From assembly GCA_017456605.1 (NCBI GenBank), contig JAFTJA010000012.1, positions 29,833 through 93,832 of the forward strand: a DNA stretch of 64,000 nucleotides, in the 5' to 3' direction. The notes beneath the pieces were generated by a model. That model searched no databases. It was not told the DNA's origin and saw only the letters and a list, made by a program, of their open reading frames with translations. Below are positions 38,421 to 49,346 of this stretch, piece after piece. Source of the stretch: Clostridia bacterium. Lineage in GTDB: Bacteria; Bacillota; Clostridia; Monoglobales; Monoglobaceae. Each line of letters begins with the position of its first letter. Within the stretch, counting starts at the first letter, position 1. The position numbers were made by a program, and so were the translations under genes.

Positions 38421-40652
38421 GTGGTGCAAAACGAACAAAGTACATTTACTCAAAGAAAGAAGATAGGATGGCTGCTCGCAGGGGCAGTCTTCCTTTTCTG
38501 CGCTTTAATGGTAAGAGTAGCGTGGCTTCAGATTATCCGCGGTGAAGAGCTTTCGTCAGCGGCCCGTGAACAACAGACCAGCGACAATATAATAACTCCC
38601 GAACGCGGACTCATATACGACCGGAACATGAAAATCCTGGCAAACAACCTAAGTGTTGAGACCATAAGCATAACCCCCAAAAATGTCCGGGGCAACAAAA
38701 AACAAAGTGCCGAAGAAATAGCACGAAATATGGCTGAAATTCTTGAGCTTGACTATGACATGGTTCTCGAAAAAATAAACAAGGAATCAAGCTTTGAGTA
38801 CATAAAGAAAAAGGTGGAAAAAGACCAGGCGGACGCCCTCAGAGAGTATATAAACACACACAGTATTGACGGAATAAAATTTGCAGAGGATACAAAAAGA
38901 TATTATCCTTACGGAAATTTTGCGTCCCAGGTTATTGGCTTTGCAGGAAGTGACAACAACGGCCTTGAGGGAATTGAGATGGTTTATGACGAAGAACTGA
39001 AGGGCGTTCCCGGCAGAATTGTTTCGGCAAATATGACAGCAGGACTTGAAATTCCGGACAATTATGAAAGCTATTATGAGGCACAAAACGGTCAGAGTGT
39101 GGTGCTTACCATTGATGAAACGATACAGCATTTCGCAGAAAAGCATCTTGAAAATGCACGGATTGAGAACCAGCTTCAGGAGGGTGCTGCTGCCATTGTT
39201 ATGAACGTGAAAACCGGTGAAATACTGGCCATGGCGACAAAACCTGATTATGACCTGAATCAGCCTTTTGAAATCAATGCGGCTGTGGAGGAAAAGTACC
39301 CTGACATAAAAAAAGAGCTTGAAGAAATGGACGGCAGTGAATATAATGCCAAGCTTACGGAAGTTACTCAGTTTTTGAGACGAAATAAGGCTGTGGTTGA
39401 CTCATACGAGCCGGGCTCTACATTTAAAATAGCTGTGGCGTCAATGGCTCTTGAAGAAAATGTGGTATCCCTTGATGACCGTTTTTATTGTAGCGGTTCC
39501 ATAAAGGTTGCGGACCGGACCATAAGCTGCGCAAACAGAAACGGACACGGCTCACAGACCTTTGTTCAGGCAGTGCAGAACTCCTGCAACCCGGCGTTTA
39601 TCGAAATAGGTGCTAGAGTCGGCCGTGAACGGTTTGTGAAATATTTAGAGGGGTTTGGCTTCCGTGAAAAAACGGGAATCGAGCTTCCGGGTGAAACCAG
39701 CGGTATATTCCACGAATTTTCAAATTTCAAGGAAATAGACCTTGCTACATCATCCTTCGGGCAGAGCTTTAATATAACTCCCCTTCAGATGATTACACTT
39801 GCATCAGCTGTTGCCAATGGCGGAAACCTTATGAAACCTCATCTGGTGAAGCAACTTGTGGACGAAAATCAAAATGTAATAAAAGAGTTTGAGCCGGAGG
39901 TTGTGCGCCGGATTATTTCAGAAAAAACAAGCAAAACAATGTGCGAGATTCTTGAGTCGGTTGTCTCGGTAGGCGGCGGTAAAAATGCTTATCTTGCAGG
40001 ATACCGAATTGCAGGAAAGACGGGAACATCAGAAAAGCAGCCTCGTGGAAATGGCAAGTATGTGGCGTCCTTCATAGGCTTTGCACCAGCCGATGACCCG
40101 GAAATTGCGTGTCTGGTAATCCTTGACCAGCCACCGGTGGGGTCTACATATTACGGCGGTCTTATTGCGGCGCCTGTTGTGAAAAATATACTTGAGGAAA
40201 GCCTTCAGTATATAGGTGTTGAAGCCGAATACACTCAGGAAGAATTGGAAATGATTGATATAACAGCACCGGACATCACAGGCAAGACCAGAAAAGAGGC
40301 GGAGGCTGCACTCAAAGAGGTTGGTGTTGACATAAGCATAAGGGGCACCGGCGATGTAATTTTGGATCAGGTTCCAAAGCCATATTCAAAGCTGGCGAGA
40401 GGCTCAAAGATTGTGGCATATACCGAGGGCGAAGAAAGCAAGAAAACAGTCACAATCCCTGACGTGGTAGGATGTTCGGCATCAGAGGCGAACAAAGGAA
40501 TTACAAATGCAGGACTTAACGTAAGGGTAAAAGGTCTTTCAAATGTTAACGGAATTTCAATTTGTTCCCAGCAATCACCTGCTGCAGGTACGGTTGTGGA
40601 GCCGGGAACAATTGTTACTCTTGATTTCAGGTATATTGAAGTGAGAGACTGA
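38421..40652 (+). CDS. Class B penicillin-binding transpeptidase (FtsI/PBP2B/SpoVD family) with two C-terminal PASTA domains
   Basis: SxxK (STFK), SCN, KTGT motifs and two PASTA repeats. The start is ambiguous (GTG 38421 or 38424 after GGAGG; the ORF track uses TTG 38409). Confidence 0.9.
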   Translation: MVQNEQSTFTQRKKIGWLLAGAVFLFCALMVRVAWLQIIRGEELSSAAREQQTSDNIITPERGLIYDRNMKILANNLSVETISITPKNVRGNKKQSAEEIARNMAEILELDYDMVLEKINKESSFEYIKKKVEKDQADALREYINTHSIDGIKFAEDTKRYYPYGNFASQVIGFAGSDNNGLEGIEMVYDEELKGVPGRIVSANMTAGLEIPDNYESYYEAQNGQSVVLTIDETIQHFAEKHLENARIENQLQEGAAAIVMNVKTGEILAMATKPDYDLNQPFEINAAVEEKYPDIKKELEEMDGSEYNAKLTEVTQFLRRNKAVVDSYEPGSTFKIAVASMALEENVVSLDDRFYCSGSIKVADRTISCANRNGHGSQTFVQAVQNSCNPAFIEIGARVGRERFVKYLEGFGFREKTGIELPGETSGIFHEFSNFKEIDLATSSFGQSFNITPLQMITLASAVANGGNLMKPHLVKQLVDENQNVIKEFEPEVVRRIISEKTSKTMCEILESVVSVGGGKNAYLAGYRIAGKTGTSEKQPRGNGKYVASFIGFAPADDPEIACLVILDQPPVGSTYYGGLIAAPVVKNILEESLQYIGVEAEYTQEELEMIDITAPDITGKTRKEAEAALKEVGVDISIRGTGDVILDQVPKPYSKLARGSKIVAYTEGEESKKTVTIPDVVGCSASEANKGITNAGLNVRVKGLSNVNGISICSQQSPAAGTVVEPGTIVTLDFRYIEVRD

Positions 40653-40689
40653 TTTTTGAAAATACGGTTTGAGAAATGGAGGATTGGAT

Positions 40690-42138
40690 ATGCTGTTATC
40701 TCAATTGCTTCGCGATGTGGAAATCATCGACGCGTGGGGAAATATTGATACAAAAATTTCCGGTGTTGCGTTTAATTCGCAGGAGGTAAAACCCGGTGAT
40801 GTATTTGTTTGCATCAAGGGTTTTAAAACCGACGGACACGATTATGCCGAGGATGCTCTTGAAAAGGGAGCGGTGGCAATCGTTGCTGAAAAACCGCTGG
40901 AGGAAACTGCCGCAACAACCGTTGTAGTGAAGGATACAAGGTTTGCACTTTCATGCATCGCAGCAGCTTTTTATGACTATCCTTACAAGAAATTCCGTCT
41001 TATAGGAATCACCGGAACCAACGGAAAGACCACAACTACGTATCTTGTGAAATCAATTCTTGAAAGCTGTGGCGAGACTGTCGGGCTTATTGGTACAAAT
41101 CAGAATATGATAGGAAATCAAGTTATTCCGGCGCACCATACAACTCCGGATTCCCTTGAATTGATGCGTCTTTTTGACCAGATGGCGAAAGAAGGCGTAG
41201 ATACGGTGGTTATGGAGGTTTCGTCACATTCACTTGCTCTTGATAGGGTGGCGTGCTGTGAGTTTGACATCGGTGCCTTCACAAATGTCACTCAGGACCA
41301 TCTTGATTTTCACATTACCATGGAAAACTATACAAATGCAAAGGCTCAGCTTTTCAAAAAATGCCGCGTGGGTGCTTTCAATCTTGATGATGATGCTTTT
41401 GAACTCTTGTCCAAGGATGCCACCTGTGAGACTTTAACATACAGCACAAAAAATGACTGTGACCTTAAGGCAGAAGATATTGAATATCGGGCGACAGGCG
41501 TTGAATTTGACCTTGTTTACCGCGGAGAAAGAGAAAGGGTAACCCTTTCCATTCCGGGCGGATTTTCGGTGTATAATGCACTTACAGCTGCGGCTTGTTG
41601 TCTTGCGGCGGGGCTGTCACTTGAAAATATTTCAAAGGGGCTCAAAGCCGCAAAGGGAGTAAAGGGCAGAATCGAAGTTGTTGAAACAAACACGGATTAT
41701 ACAGTGATAATTGACTATGCACACACGCCTGACGGACTGTATAATATTTTGAGTGCCATACGTGGCTTTGCCAAAGGTAGAATAGTAACGCTTTTTGGCT
41801 GCGGCGGTGACCGCGACAAGACAAAAAGGCCACAAATGGGAAAAATTGCAGGGGAGCTTTCGGATTTTTGTGTTGTCACAAGTGATAACCCAAGAAGCGA
41901 AGAGCCCAAGGATATTATTGAGGATATTCTTGTGGGGCTTCGGAAAACCGACTGCCGTTATGCGGTGGTGGAAAATCGATTTGAGGCTATTGAATTTGCT
42001 GTTGACAATGCAAAGCCTGATGATATAATTCTTCTTGCAGGCAAGGGCCATGAGCCATATCAGATACTGAAGGACCGAACTATCGTATTTGACGAAAGAG
42101 AGATAGTTTTAAAGCTTATTGATTCTTCTGAGGCTTAA
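40690..42138 (+). CDS. murE: UDP-N-acetylmuramoyl-L-alanyl-D-glutamate--2,6-diaminopimelate ligase
   Basis: GITGTNGKTTT P-loop, the DNPR motif (SDNPRSEEP) typical of DAP-adding MurE, and its position in the dcw cluster. Confidence 0.9.
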   Translation: MLLSQLLRDVEIIDAWGNIDTKISGVAFNSQEVKPGDVFVCIKGFKTDGHDYAEDALEKGAVAIVAEKPLEETAATTVVVKDTRFALSCIAAAFYDYPYKKFRLIGITGTNGKTTTTYLVKSILESCGETVGLIGTNQNMIGNQVIPAHHTTPDSLELMRLFDQMAKEGVDTVVMEVSSHSLALDRVACCEFDIGAFTNVTQDHLDFHITMENYTNAKAQLFKKCRVGAFNLDDDAFELLSKDATCETLTYSTKNDCDLKAEDIEYRATGVEFDLVYRGERERVTLSIPGGFSVYNALTAAACCLAAGLSLENISKGLKAAKGVKGRIEVVETNTDYTVIIDYAHTPDGLYNILSAIRGFAKGRIVTLFGCGGDRDKTKRPQMGKIAGELSDFCVVTSDNPRSEEPKDIIEDILVGLRKTDCRYAVVENRFEAIEFAVDNAKPDDIILLAGKGHEPYQILKDRTIVFDEREIVLKLIDSSEA

Positions 42139-42151
42139 GGGGGAAAGCAGC

Positions 42152-43558
42152 ATGGAAAATATTCTGACAATAAAGCAGCTTGAAGCGGCTTGTGATGCAA
42201 AAGCTGAAAATTGCGAAGTTGACCGCTCAATATCAGACATTGTCACTGACAGCAGAAAAATTACTCAGGACTCTGTATTTGTGGCACTTCGTGGCGAAAA
42301 ATTTGATGGACACAATTTTGCAGGGCAGGCGATTTCAAAGGGCGCTGCTTGCTGCATTGTCGATAAAAATTTTCATAACAAGGAAAATCTTCCGGTTATA
42401 GTGGTGGAGGATACCTATGCGGCGCTTAGAGACGCGGCAAAATATTATCGGGATAAATTTTTAATTCCGGCAGTAGCCATAACAGGAAGTGTGGGCAAAA
42501 CCAGCACAAAGGATATGGTTTATTGTGTGCTTGCCAATAAATATAAGGTGCTCAAAACAGAGGGAAATTTCAATAACGAAATAGGTCTTCCCCTCACTGC
42601 GTTCAGGCTTTCGTTCGATGATGAGCTTGCCATTTTTGAAATGGGAATGAGTGCCTTTGGCGAAATTTCGCGACTCACAAAGATTGCGTCACCTGAGACC
42701 GCAATAATAACGAATATAGGGTTTTCGCATATAGAACATCTTGGTTCAAGAGAAAATATATTGAAAGCCAAGCTTGAAGTGCTTGAGGGCATGTCAGAAA
42801 CAGATGGAACGGTCATCTTAAACGGCGATGATGAATATTTAAAAAGTGTGGTGGGAACGCTGCCCTTTGAAACGTTGACTTATGGAATAGAAAACAAAAA
42901 TTGTGATATTGTTGCTGAAAACATAAGGAAATTTTCGGACAGCACATCCTTTGATGTACAGGTGGACGGAAATGTTTATAATATCCTGATAAATGCTCCG
43001 GGTATTCACCATATTTACAACGCATTGGCGGCAATTTTAGCAGGCATAAAGTATAATATGTCGATGGAAAAGATTGTGGAGGGAATAAGCCATTTTGTGC
43101 CTCAAGGCATGAGACAAAGTGTTGAAACCCTCAATAATTACAAGATAATAAAGGATTGCTACAATGCAAGCCCAACATCTATGAAATCAGGGCTTGAGGT
43201 TTTGTCGGTTACTATGCCCAAAGATATCGAAAACCCTTACCGGAAAGTTGCGGTTCTCGGCGATATGCTGGAGCTTGGTGATTATGCTGAGGAGGCTCAC
43301 ACATCGGTGGGTGAGCTTGCTTGTGACTATGACCTTGGGTGTCTTATTGCTATTGGGAAAAATGCTGAGTTTGTGGCAAAGGGTGCTATTGAAAAAGGGT
43401 TTAATTCCTCTGAAATATATATTTTTTATGATAACAATGCCGCAAAGGCTCACATTATGGAAATAATAAAACCCAACGATGTGATTCTTTTCAAAGGGTC
43501 ACGGGGTATGCGCCTTGAAGAAATTGCGGATTTTATTTCGGAGCAGGATGCCATTTAG
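42152..43558 (+). CDS. murF: UDP-N-acetylmuramoyl-tripeptide--D-alanyl-D-alanine ligase
   Basis: ITGSVGKTSTK P-loop, Mur ligase fold, follows murE. ATG 42152 after AGGGGGA. Confidence 0.9.
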   Translation: MENILTIKQLEAACDAKAENCEVDRSISDIVTDSRKITQDSVFVALRGEKFDGHNFAGQAISKGAACCIVDKNFHNKENLPVIVVEDTYAALRDAAKYYRDKFLIPAVAITGSVGKTSTKDMVYCVLANKYKVLKTEGNFNNEIGLPLTAFRLSFDDELAIFEMGMSAFGEISRLTKIASPETAIITNIGFSHIEHLGSRENILKAKLEVLEGMSETDGTVILNGDDEYLKSVVGTLPFETLTYGIENKNCDIVAENIRKFSDSTSFDVQVDGNVYNILINAPGIHHIYNALAAILAGIKYNMSMEKIVEGISHFVPQGMRQSVETLNNYKIIKDCYNASPTSMKSGLEVLSVTMPKDIENPYRKVAVLGDMLELGDYAEEAHTSVGELACDYDLGCLIAIGKNAEFVAKGAIEKGFNSSEIYIFYDNNAAKAHIMEIIKPNDVILFKGSRGMRLEEIADFISEQDAI

Positions 43559-43594
43559 CAACCACAGAAAACAGTATCAGAGAGGTTTTTAAAA

Positions 43595-44581
43595 ATGATT
43601 AAAACTATTACAGTTGCATTGATTTCGTTTATTCTCGCGGCAGTTTTTGGGGTTTTTTTAATCCCTCTTCTGCATCGGCTTAAATTTGGTCAGGAAATAA
43701 GAGAAGAAGGTCCCAAGTGGCATCAGAAGAAGTCCGGGACACCCACAATGGGGGGGATTATATTTATCGCTTCTGCGATTCTTGCGTCTTTTGTCGGAAT
43801 ATTTGTTTTTGGTTTTGGCAAAGATAGTGGCTCAATAAAGGCGGTACTCAGCCTTCTTGGAATTTCTTTGGGATTTGGTGTCATCGGGTTTATTGATGAC
43901 TACATAAAGGTGATTTTGAAACGAAATCTTGGACTTCGTGCAGGACAAAAATTTTCACTACAGTTTCTTGTGGCACTTATTGCAGCTGTATGGATGGTGA
44001 GCGGCGGTGTTGTCGACACCGAAATCGCAGTTCCCTTTACCGGAATTGTTTTGGATGCAGGATATTTTGTTTACATTCCATTCGTAATTTTGGTTATGCT
44101 TGCGGCTGTCAACAGTGTAAATCTTACAGATGGTCTTGACGGGCTGGCAACTTGCATAACAATGGTTATATGCATTTTTTATTGCATAATATCAAATATT
44201 ACGAAAAACTATCCGCTGACACTTTTCAGCGCAGTTCTTGTGGGCGGTCTTTTGGGATTTTTCCTTTACAACAAGTTCCCGGCCCGAGTGTTTATGGGAG
44301 ACACCGGCTCGCTCTTTTTGGGCGGCGCAGTTTCGGCGATGGCGATTTATATGAAAAATCCGTTGCTGTTGCTGATTGTTGGACTTGTGTATGTGATGGA
44401 AGCGCTTTCTGTCATTATTCAGGTGGCGTGGTTCAAGAAAACAGGAAAGAGAATATTCAAAATGAGCCCCATTCATCACCATTTTGAAATGTGTGGGTGG
44501 AGCGAGGTTAAAATTGTTACAGTCTTTTCGGCTGTTACGGCGGCTCTTTGTGTTTTGGGGTTGGCTGCAACGGGAATTTAA
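43595..44581 (+). CDS. mraY: Phospho-N-acetylmuramoyl-pentapeptide transferase
   Basis: KxGTPTMGG, NLTDGLDGLA and HHHFE motifs; polytopic membrane protein. Confidence 0.95.
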   Translation: MIKTITVALISFILAAVFGVFLIPLLHRLKFGQEIREEGPKWHQKKSGTPTMGGIIFIASAILASFVGIFVFGFGKDSGSIKAVLSLLGISLGFGVIGFIDDYIKVILKRNLGLRAGQKFSLQFLVALIAAVWMVSGGVVDTEIAVPFTGIVLDAGYFVYIPFVILVMLAAVNSVNLTDGLDGLATCITMVICIFYCIISNITKNYPLTLFSAVLVGGLLGFFLYNKFPARVFMGDTGSLFLGGAVSAMAIYMKNPLLLLIVGLVYVMEALSVIIQVAWFKKTGKRIFKMSPIHHHFEMCGWSEVKIVTVFSAVTAALCVLGLAATGI

Positions 44582-44614
44582 AAACAGAAAAATCTGCGGA
44601 AAGGATGGCTGCAT

Positions 44615-45802
44615 ATGAAGCGGGTACAAAGAAGAAAAAGTGTGCGAAAAACAAACAGCTCTGCTAAAAATCTGGCTGCGTCAAAGCTTGGCAGCCTTGT
44701 GACTGCGACAAAAGGCGTTGATATGCAGTTTTTGGTTGCGGTTTATATTCTGCTTACCTTTGGACTTCTTATGGTGCTGAGTGCCAGCAGCCCCATTGCT
44801 TATGCCAGCGAGGCAACAAACCACGACAGCTTTTATTATTTTAAAAAGCAGTTTATGTGGGCGATTTTAGGAAGTATAGGTATGTTTGCTGCGGCAAATT
44901 ATGACTATCGAAAAATGAAAAAGTTGGCTTTTCCTGCTCTTTGCGTGAGTATGCTCCTGCTTATTTTGGTGCTTGTGCCGGGAATTGGCAGAAAGATAAA
45001 TGACGCAAGACGCTGGATTTATATAGGCCCCATAAACTTTCAGCCATCAGAAGTCGCAAAGATTGCTATGATTGTGTTTTTTTCATACAGTCTTTCAAAG
45101 AACTATAAAGAACTCAAGAACTTTGGCGTGTTTTTGATGTACATAGCCATCATAGGCGTTGTTGCGGTGATAATTATGATGGAGCCGCATTTTAGCTGTA
45201 CAATGCTGATTGTGGCAACTTCGGTACTTCTTATGTTTGTGGCGGGAGCCAGAATATGGCACTTTATTGTATTGTGTCTGCCGGTTGTTCCGGTACTCAT
45301 TCTGGTTGTAATAAAGTCGCCTTACCGATTGGCGAGAGTTCTTTCTTTCCTTGACCCCTTTGAAGACATACAAGGGGCAGGCTGGCAGATTGTTCAGTCC
45401 CTTTATGCCATAGGCTCGGGCGGGATTTTTGGTGCGGGGCTTGGACAGAGCCGGCAGAAATACCTGAACATTCCGGAACCCCAGAACGATTTTATATTTG
45501 CAATTCTTGCAGAGGAATTCGGACTTTTGGGTGCGATACTCGTGTCTATTATGTTTATTTTCCTGATAGCAAGGGGCATAAAAATTGCACTTCGTGCTCC
45601 TGACCTCTTTGGAACACTCCTCACTACAGGAATTGTTGCTATGATTGCGATTCAGGCACTTGTGAATATTGCGGTTGTTACGTCCTCGATACCTGTCACC
45701 GGTATGCCGTTGCCGTTTTTCAGCTATGGCGGAACGGCACTTGCGATTACCATGACAGAAATGGGGATTGTCCTCAATGTCTCAAAACATGCAAAACTTT
45801 AA
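44615..45802 (+). CDS. ftsW: SEDS-family peptidoglycan glycosyltransferase FtsW/SpoVE
   Basis: FQPSEVAKIAMIVF, NIPEPQNDFIFAILAEEFG, PFFSYGGT. Confidence 0.9.
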   Translation: MKRVQRRKSVRKTNSSAKNLAASKLGSLVTATKGVDMQFLVAVYILLTFGLLMVLSASSPIAYASEATNHDSFYYFKKQFMWAILGSIGMFAAANYDYRKMKKLAFPALCVSMLLLILVLVPGIGRKINDARRWIYIGPINFQPSEVAKIAMIVFFSYSLSKNYKELKNFGVFLMYIAIIGVVAVIIMMEPHFSCTMLIVATSVLLMFVAGARIWHFIVLCLPVVPVLILVVIKSPYRLARVLSFLDPFEDIQGAGWQIVQSLYAIGSGGIFGAGLGQSRQKYLNIPEPQNDFIFAILAEEFGLLGAILVSIMFIFLIARGIKIALRAPDLFGTLLTTGIVAMIAIQALVNIAVVTSSIPVTGMPLPFFSYGGTALAITMTEMGIVLNVSKHAKL

Positions 45803-45880
45803 ATGCAAATTGTGTATGAAGGCTTAAAGCGATTTTGTGCGTTTAGGCCTTTAACCATTTAATAAAAAGGAGATTTTCCT

Positions 45881-46993
45881 ATGAGAATTCTGTTTGCAGG
45901 CGGCGGAACCGCAGGGCATATCAACCCTGCCATTGCTGTTGCCAATCACATAAGAGAAAAGGACCAGGGCAGTGAAATATTGTTTGTGGGAACAAAGCAG
46001 GGGATGGAAAGCACCCTTGTTCCCAAACAAGGTTATGAATTGAGGTTTATAAAAATTCATGGCTTCAAAAGAAGTATGAGCCTTAAGAACATCAAGACAG
46101 TAACAGAGATTTTTGACGGAGTAAGGGCTGCGAAAAAAATAATAAAAGAATTCCGGCCTGACGTTGTTATGGGAACGGGCGGATATGTTACGGGACCAGT
46201 ACTGCTTGCCGCTGCAATGATGAAAATTCCGACATTGGTCCATGAAGCAAATGCGTACCCCGGTGTTACCATAAGAATATTGTCACGTTTTGCGGACGTA
46301 GTGGCACTCAGTATGGAAGAGGCATCAAAGTTTATACCGAAAGCCAAGAGAATTGAAATTACCGGAAACCCGGTGAGACCGTCAATTCTTGCGGGCGACC
46401 AAAAGACCGCCAAAGAAAAACTGGGGATTTCAGACAAAAAGGTTATACTTATATTCGGCGGAAGCCTGGGAGCTGCAAAAATAAATTCGGTATGCTGTGA
46501 CTGGATTTCATCTGTGATTGGGAAGGACGAATATCATATACTGATGTCCACCGGAAAAAACAATCAGTATGAAAGAGTTATAGAAAGGTTTAAAGAAAAC
46601 GGAATAGATATAGAAAAGTATCCCATGCTCCGAGTGTCGGAATACATATATGATATGGATCTTGCACTGAATGCGGCGGACCTTGTTATTGCACGTTCCG
46701 GCGGCTCAGTAAGCGAAATGACAGCACTGGGAAAGGCGGCGATACTTATACCGTCACCGTACGTTGCGGGAAATCATCAGCTTCACAATGCCCGCGCTGT
46801 GGAACGGTCAGGTGGGGCTTTGGTAATCACCGAGGATGAGCTTTCAAAAGAAAAACTTTCTGGGGCTGTTTCGCATATTCTTGAAAATGATGATGTGCTG
46901 CAGGCAATGAGCCGAGGTTCAAAAAGCATAGGAATTCCGGATTCTGCTGACAGAATCTTTAAGCTTCTCAAGGAAATCGCAAAAATAAAATAA
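45881..46993 (+). CDS. murG: UDP-N-acetylglucosamine--N-acetylmuramyl-(pentapeptide) pyrophosphoryl-undecaprenol GlcNAc transferase
   Basis: GGGTAGHINPA, GGSLGA, ARSGGSVSE. Confidence 0.93.
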   Translation: MRILFAGGGTAGHINPAIAVANHIREKDQGSEILFVGTKQGMESTLVPKQGYELRFIKIHGFKRSMSLKNIKTVTEIFDGVRAAKKIIKEFRPDVVMGTGGYVTGPVLLAAAMMKIPTLVHEANAYPGVTIRILSRFADVVALSMEEASKFIPKAKRIEITGNPVRPSILAGDQKTAKEKLGISDKKVILIFGGSLGAAKINSVCCDWISSVIGKDEYHILMSTGKNNQYERVIERFKENGIDIEKYPMLRVSEYIYDMDLALNAADLVIARSGGSVSEMTALGKAAILIPSPYVAGNHQLHNARAVERSGGALVITEDELSKEKLSGAVSHILENDDVLQAMSRGSKSIGIPDSADRIFKLLKEIAKIK

Positions 46994-47049
46994 AACCCAG
47001 AAACACCTTTTTTCAAAACTTACATAGTATGTAGGTATGAGGAGGTGTT

Positions 47050-48303
47050 ATGGTGAGCAAGATTACGATTTGCGGCGGGAGGAAACTTGATGGCGAGGTT
47101 GACGTTCAGGGCTCAAAGAATGCGGTTTTGCCCATTCTTGCTGCAACTGTTCTGAATGAAGAAGAATGTATTGTACATAACTGTCCCGACCTTGCTGATA
47201 CCCGCTCAGGGTTTGAAATAATAAGACAGCTTGGAGGCGACGCAAGTTATTTTGACCATACGGCTGTTATAAAAACCGAGAATATGGAAAAGTGTGAAAT
47301 TTCGGGTGAGCTTATGGCGAGCATGAGGTCCTCGGTTTTGTTTCTGGGCCCCATTATTTCCCGGTGCGGATGCGCTGTTATTTCATATCCCGGGGGCTGT
47401 GCTATTGGACTTCGACCGATAGACCTTCACCTCAAAGCCTTCAAAGAGCTTGGCGTGAAGATTGAGGAAGTAGGCGGTTATATTTATTGTAAAGCGGACA
47501 GGATAAAGCCCGCAACAGTCAATCTTTTGTTTCCAAGTGTTGGCGCTACTGAAAATATTATGCTGCTTACGGCGGTGTCGCGGGGCGAGACTATGATAGT
47601 CAATGCAGCCCGCGAACCGGAAATCGTGGATTTGCAGAATTTCCTGAACAAAATGGGGGCAAAAATTTCCGGTGCAGGAACAGAAATAATTCGTATAATA
47701 GGTGTTGAAAAATTAAAAAAAGTAGAGTATAATATAATTTCGGACCGAATTTTTGCAACAACCTGTGCCTGTGCTGCTGCTTGTTGCGGAGGAGATGTGG
47801 TGCTCCGCAATATGGAGCCTCAGCACATAAGGCTGATTATTTCAATGCTCAAGGATTCGGGCTGCAAGATTACCAGCGGAAAGAATTATGTTCGTATCCA
47901 AAGCTGCGAAAGACTTCTGGGACTTGGAAAGATTATGACATCGCCATACCCCGGGTTTCCCACAGATGCTCAGGCACTTTTTATGTCGGCACTCGCTACA
48001 GCGGACGGCACAACGGTTTTTGTGGAGAATATATTTGAAAGCAGATACAAGCACGTGTCCGAGCTTCTCAAAATGGGTGCGGATATAATAGTCGACGGAA
48101 GACTTGCGGCTGTTACCGGATGCAACTATATTCAGGGCGCAAAAATTTGTGCCAGTGATTTGCGGGGCGGGGCGGCACTCGTTATTGCGGGGCTTTCGGC
48201 AATAGGGGATACAGAGATTACGGGGATTGAACATATAGACAGAGGTTATGAACGGATAGAAGATGTTTTTTCGGCACTTGGTGCATCAATAAGTCGAAAA
48301 TAA
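47050..48303 (+). CDS. murA: UDP-N-acetylglucosamine 1-carboxyvinyltransferase
   Basis: GSKNAVLPILAA, GGCAIGLRPIDLH (catalytic Cys loop), LRGGAALVIAGL. Confidence 0.92.
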   Translation: MVSKITICGGRKLDGEVDVQGSKNAVLPILAATVLNEEECIVHNCPDLADTRSGFEIIRQLGGDASYFDHTAVIKTENMEKCEISGELMASMRSSVLFLGPIISRCGCAVISYPGGCAIGLRPIDLHLKAFKELGVKIEEVGGYIYCKADRIKPATVNLLFPSVGATENIMLLTAVSRGETMIVNAAREPEIVDLQNFLNKMGAKISGAGTEIIRIIGVEKLKKVEYNIISDRIFATTCACAAACCGGDVVLRNMEPQHIRLIISMLKDSGCKITSGKNYVRIQSCERLLGLGKIMTSPYPGFPTDAQALFMSALATADGTTVFVENIFESRYKHVSELLKMGADIIVDGRLAAVTGCNYIQGAKICASDLRGGAALVIAGLSAIGDTEITGIEHIDRGYERIEDVFSALGASISRK

Positions 48304-48375
48304 AAGCTTTAGCCATGCAATAAGCATGGCATTTGGCGGAACGGACAAGCTACACCAAAAGAAAGGGGGCGCAGA

Positions 48376-49320
48376 ATGAAAATCGTAAGGAAAAAGAAAA
48401 AAGAAAAGTTGGCAAGGAATGAATTTATAAGTGATGAGCTTGAACAGAAAAAGCGACGACTTATGAAAGAAAAACGAAAACAGCGCAGAAAAAGAAGAGT
48501 CATAGTTTTTGTGTTTTTGTTTGTTTGTATCGGAATTATTGTTGCGGTCCTCAAAGCGCCTTTCTTTAATATTCAGGCGGTTTATTCGGTGGGACAGTCC
48601 CAGATGAGTGAAAGCGAAATTCTGGAAATCGCCCAGGTGAAAACGGGAGTTAATATTTTTAGTACAAACCTCAAAATTGTGCAAAAAAGACTCTCCGCAA
48701 ATGCTGAAATAGAAGAGTCCAGTGTTCGCAGAATTTTCCCAAACAAAATAAAAATCTCAGTAAAGGAAGCAAAACCTATTGCTTATATAAAAAACGAAGA
48801 TAAGCTTTTGTTTATTGATAAATGGGGAAAAATAATAAAGGTTTTGACAGAAGACGATGAAGAAAAGCCCGCTGCTCCTGAACTTTGTGGAATTCAGGCG
48901 GTATCAGACGTTCCGGGCGAACAATTCGCAGCGTCCGGTGATGCAAGGGCAGAGGTGCTTTTTGGTTGCATACCGGTTTTGTCTGAAACCGGACTTTTGG
49001 ACAAGCTCAACTATATAAGCCTTGCTGACCTTTCGGACATACAGCTTGATTATGAAAACAGACTTTATATGATGCTTGGAAGTTATGAAAACATAGACTA
49101 TAAGCTGAAATTTGTAAAAAAAGTTATTGACGAAAACATTTCGGAATATGAAAAAGCGCTTCTTGACTATCGCGGGGACAAGCTTTATGTGGGAAGACGC
49201 GAAACTCCGGAGGAAAAAGCGCTTATTGAAGAGGCTAAATTGGCGGAAGAAGAAAAGAATGAAGCCGATGAAAACGATGAAAGCGGACAGAATGAAAACG
49301 AAGAAAAGACAGCAGAATAA
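48376..49320 (+). CDS. ftsQ: Cell-division protein FtsQ/DivIB (POTRA) with a basic N-tail and acidic C-tail
   Basis: Basic N-terminus, one TM, POTRA-like module (FFNIQAVYSVGQSQMSESEIL), position in the dcw cluster. Confidence 0.75.
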   Translation: MKIVRKKKKEKLARNEFISDELEQKKRRLMKEKRKQRRKRRVIVFVFLFVCIGIIVAVLKAPFFNIQAVYSVGQSQMSESEILEIAQVKTGVNIFSTNLKIVQKRLSANAEIEESSVRRIFPNKIKISVKEAKPIAYIKNEDKLLFIDKWGKIIKVLTEDDEEKPAAPELCGIQAVSDVPGEQFAASGDARAEVLFGCIPVLSETGLLDKLNYISLADLSDIQLDYENRLYMMLGSYENIDYKLKFVKKVIDENISEYEKALLDYRGDKLYVGRRETPEEKALIEEAKLAEEEKNEADENDESGQNENEEKTAE

Positions 49321-49346
49321 AATTTGATAAAGAGGAAGCAAAAAAG

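Noticed and set aside
48303-48376. Hairpin GCCATGC-aataa-GCATGGC between murA and ftsQ as a terminator
   Set aside because: The stem is only 7 bp and no T run follows. It is more likely incidental or a minor processing site inside the dcw operon.
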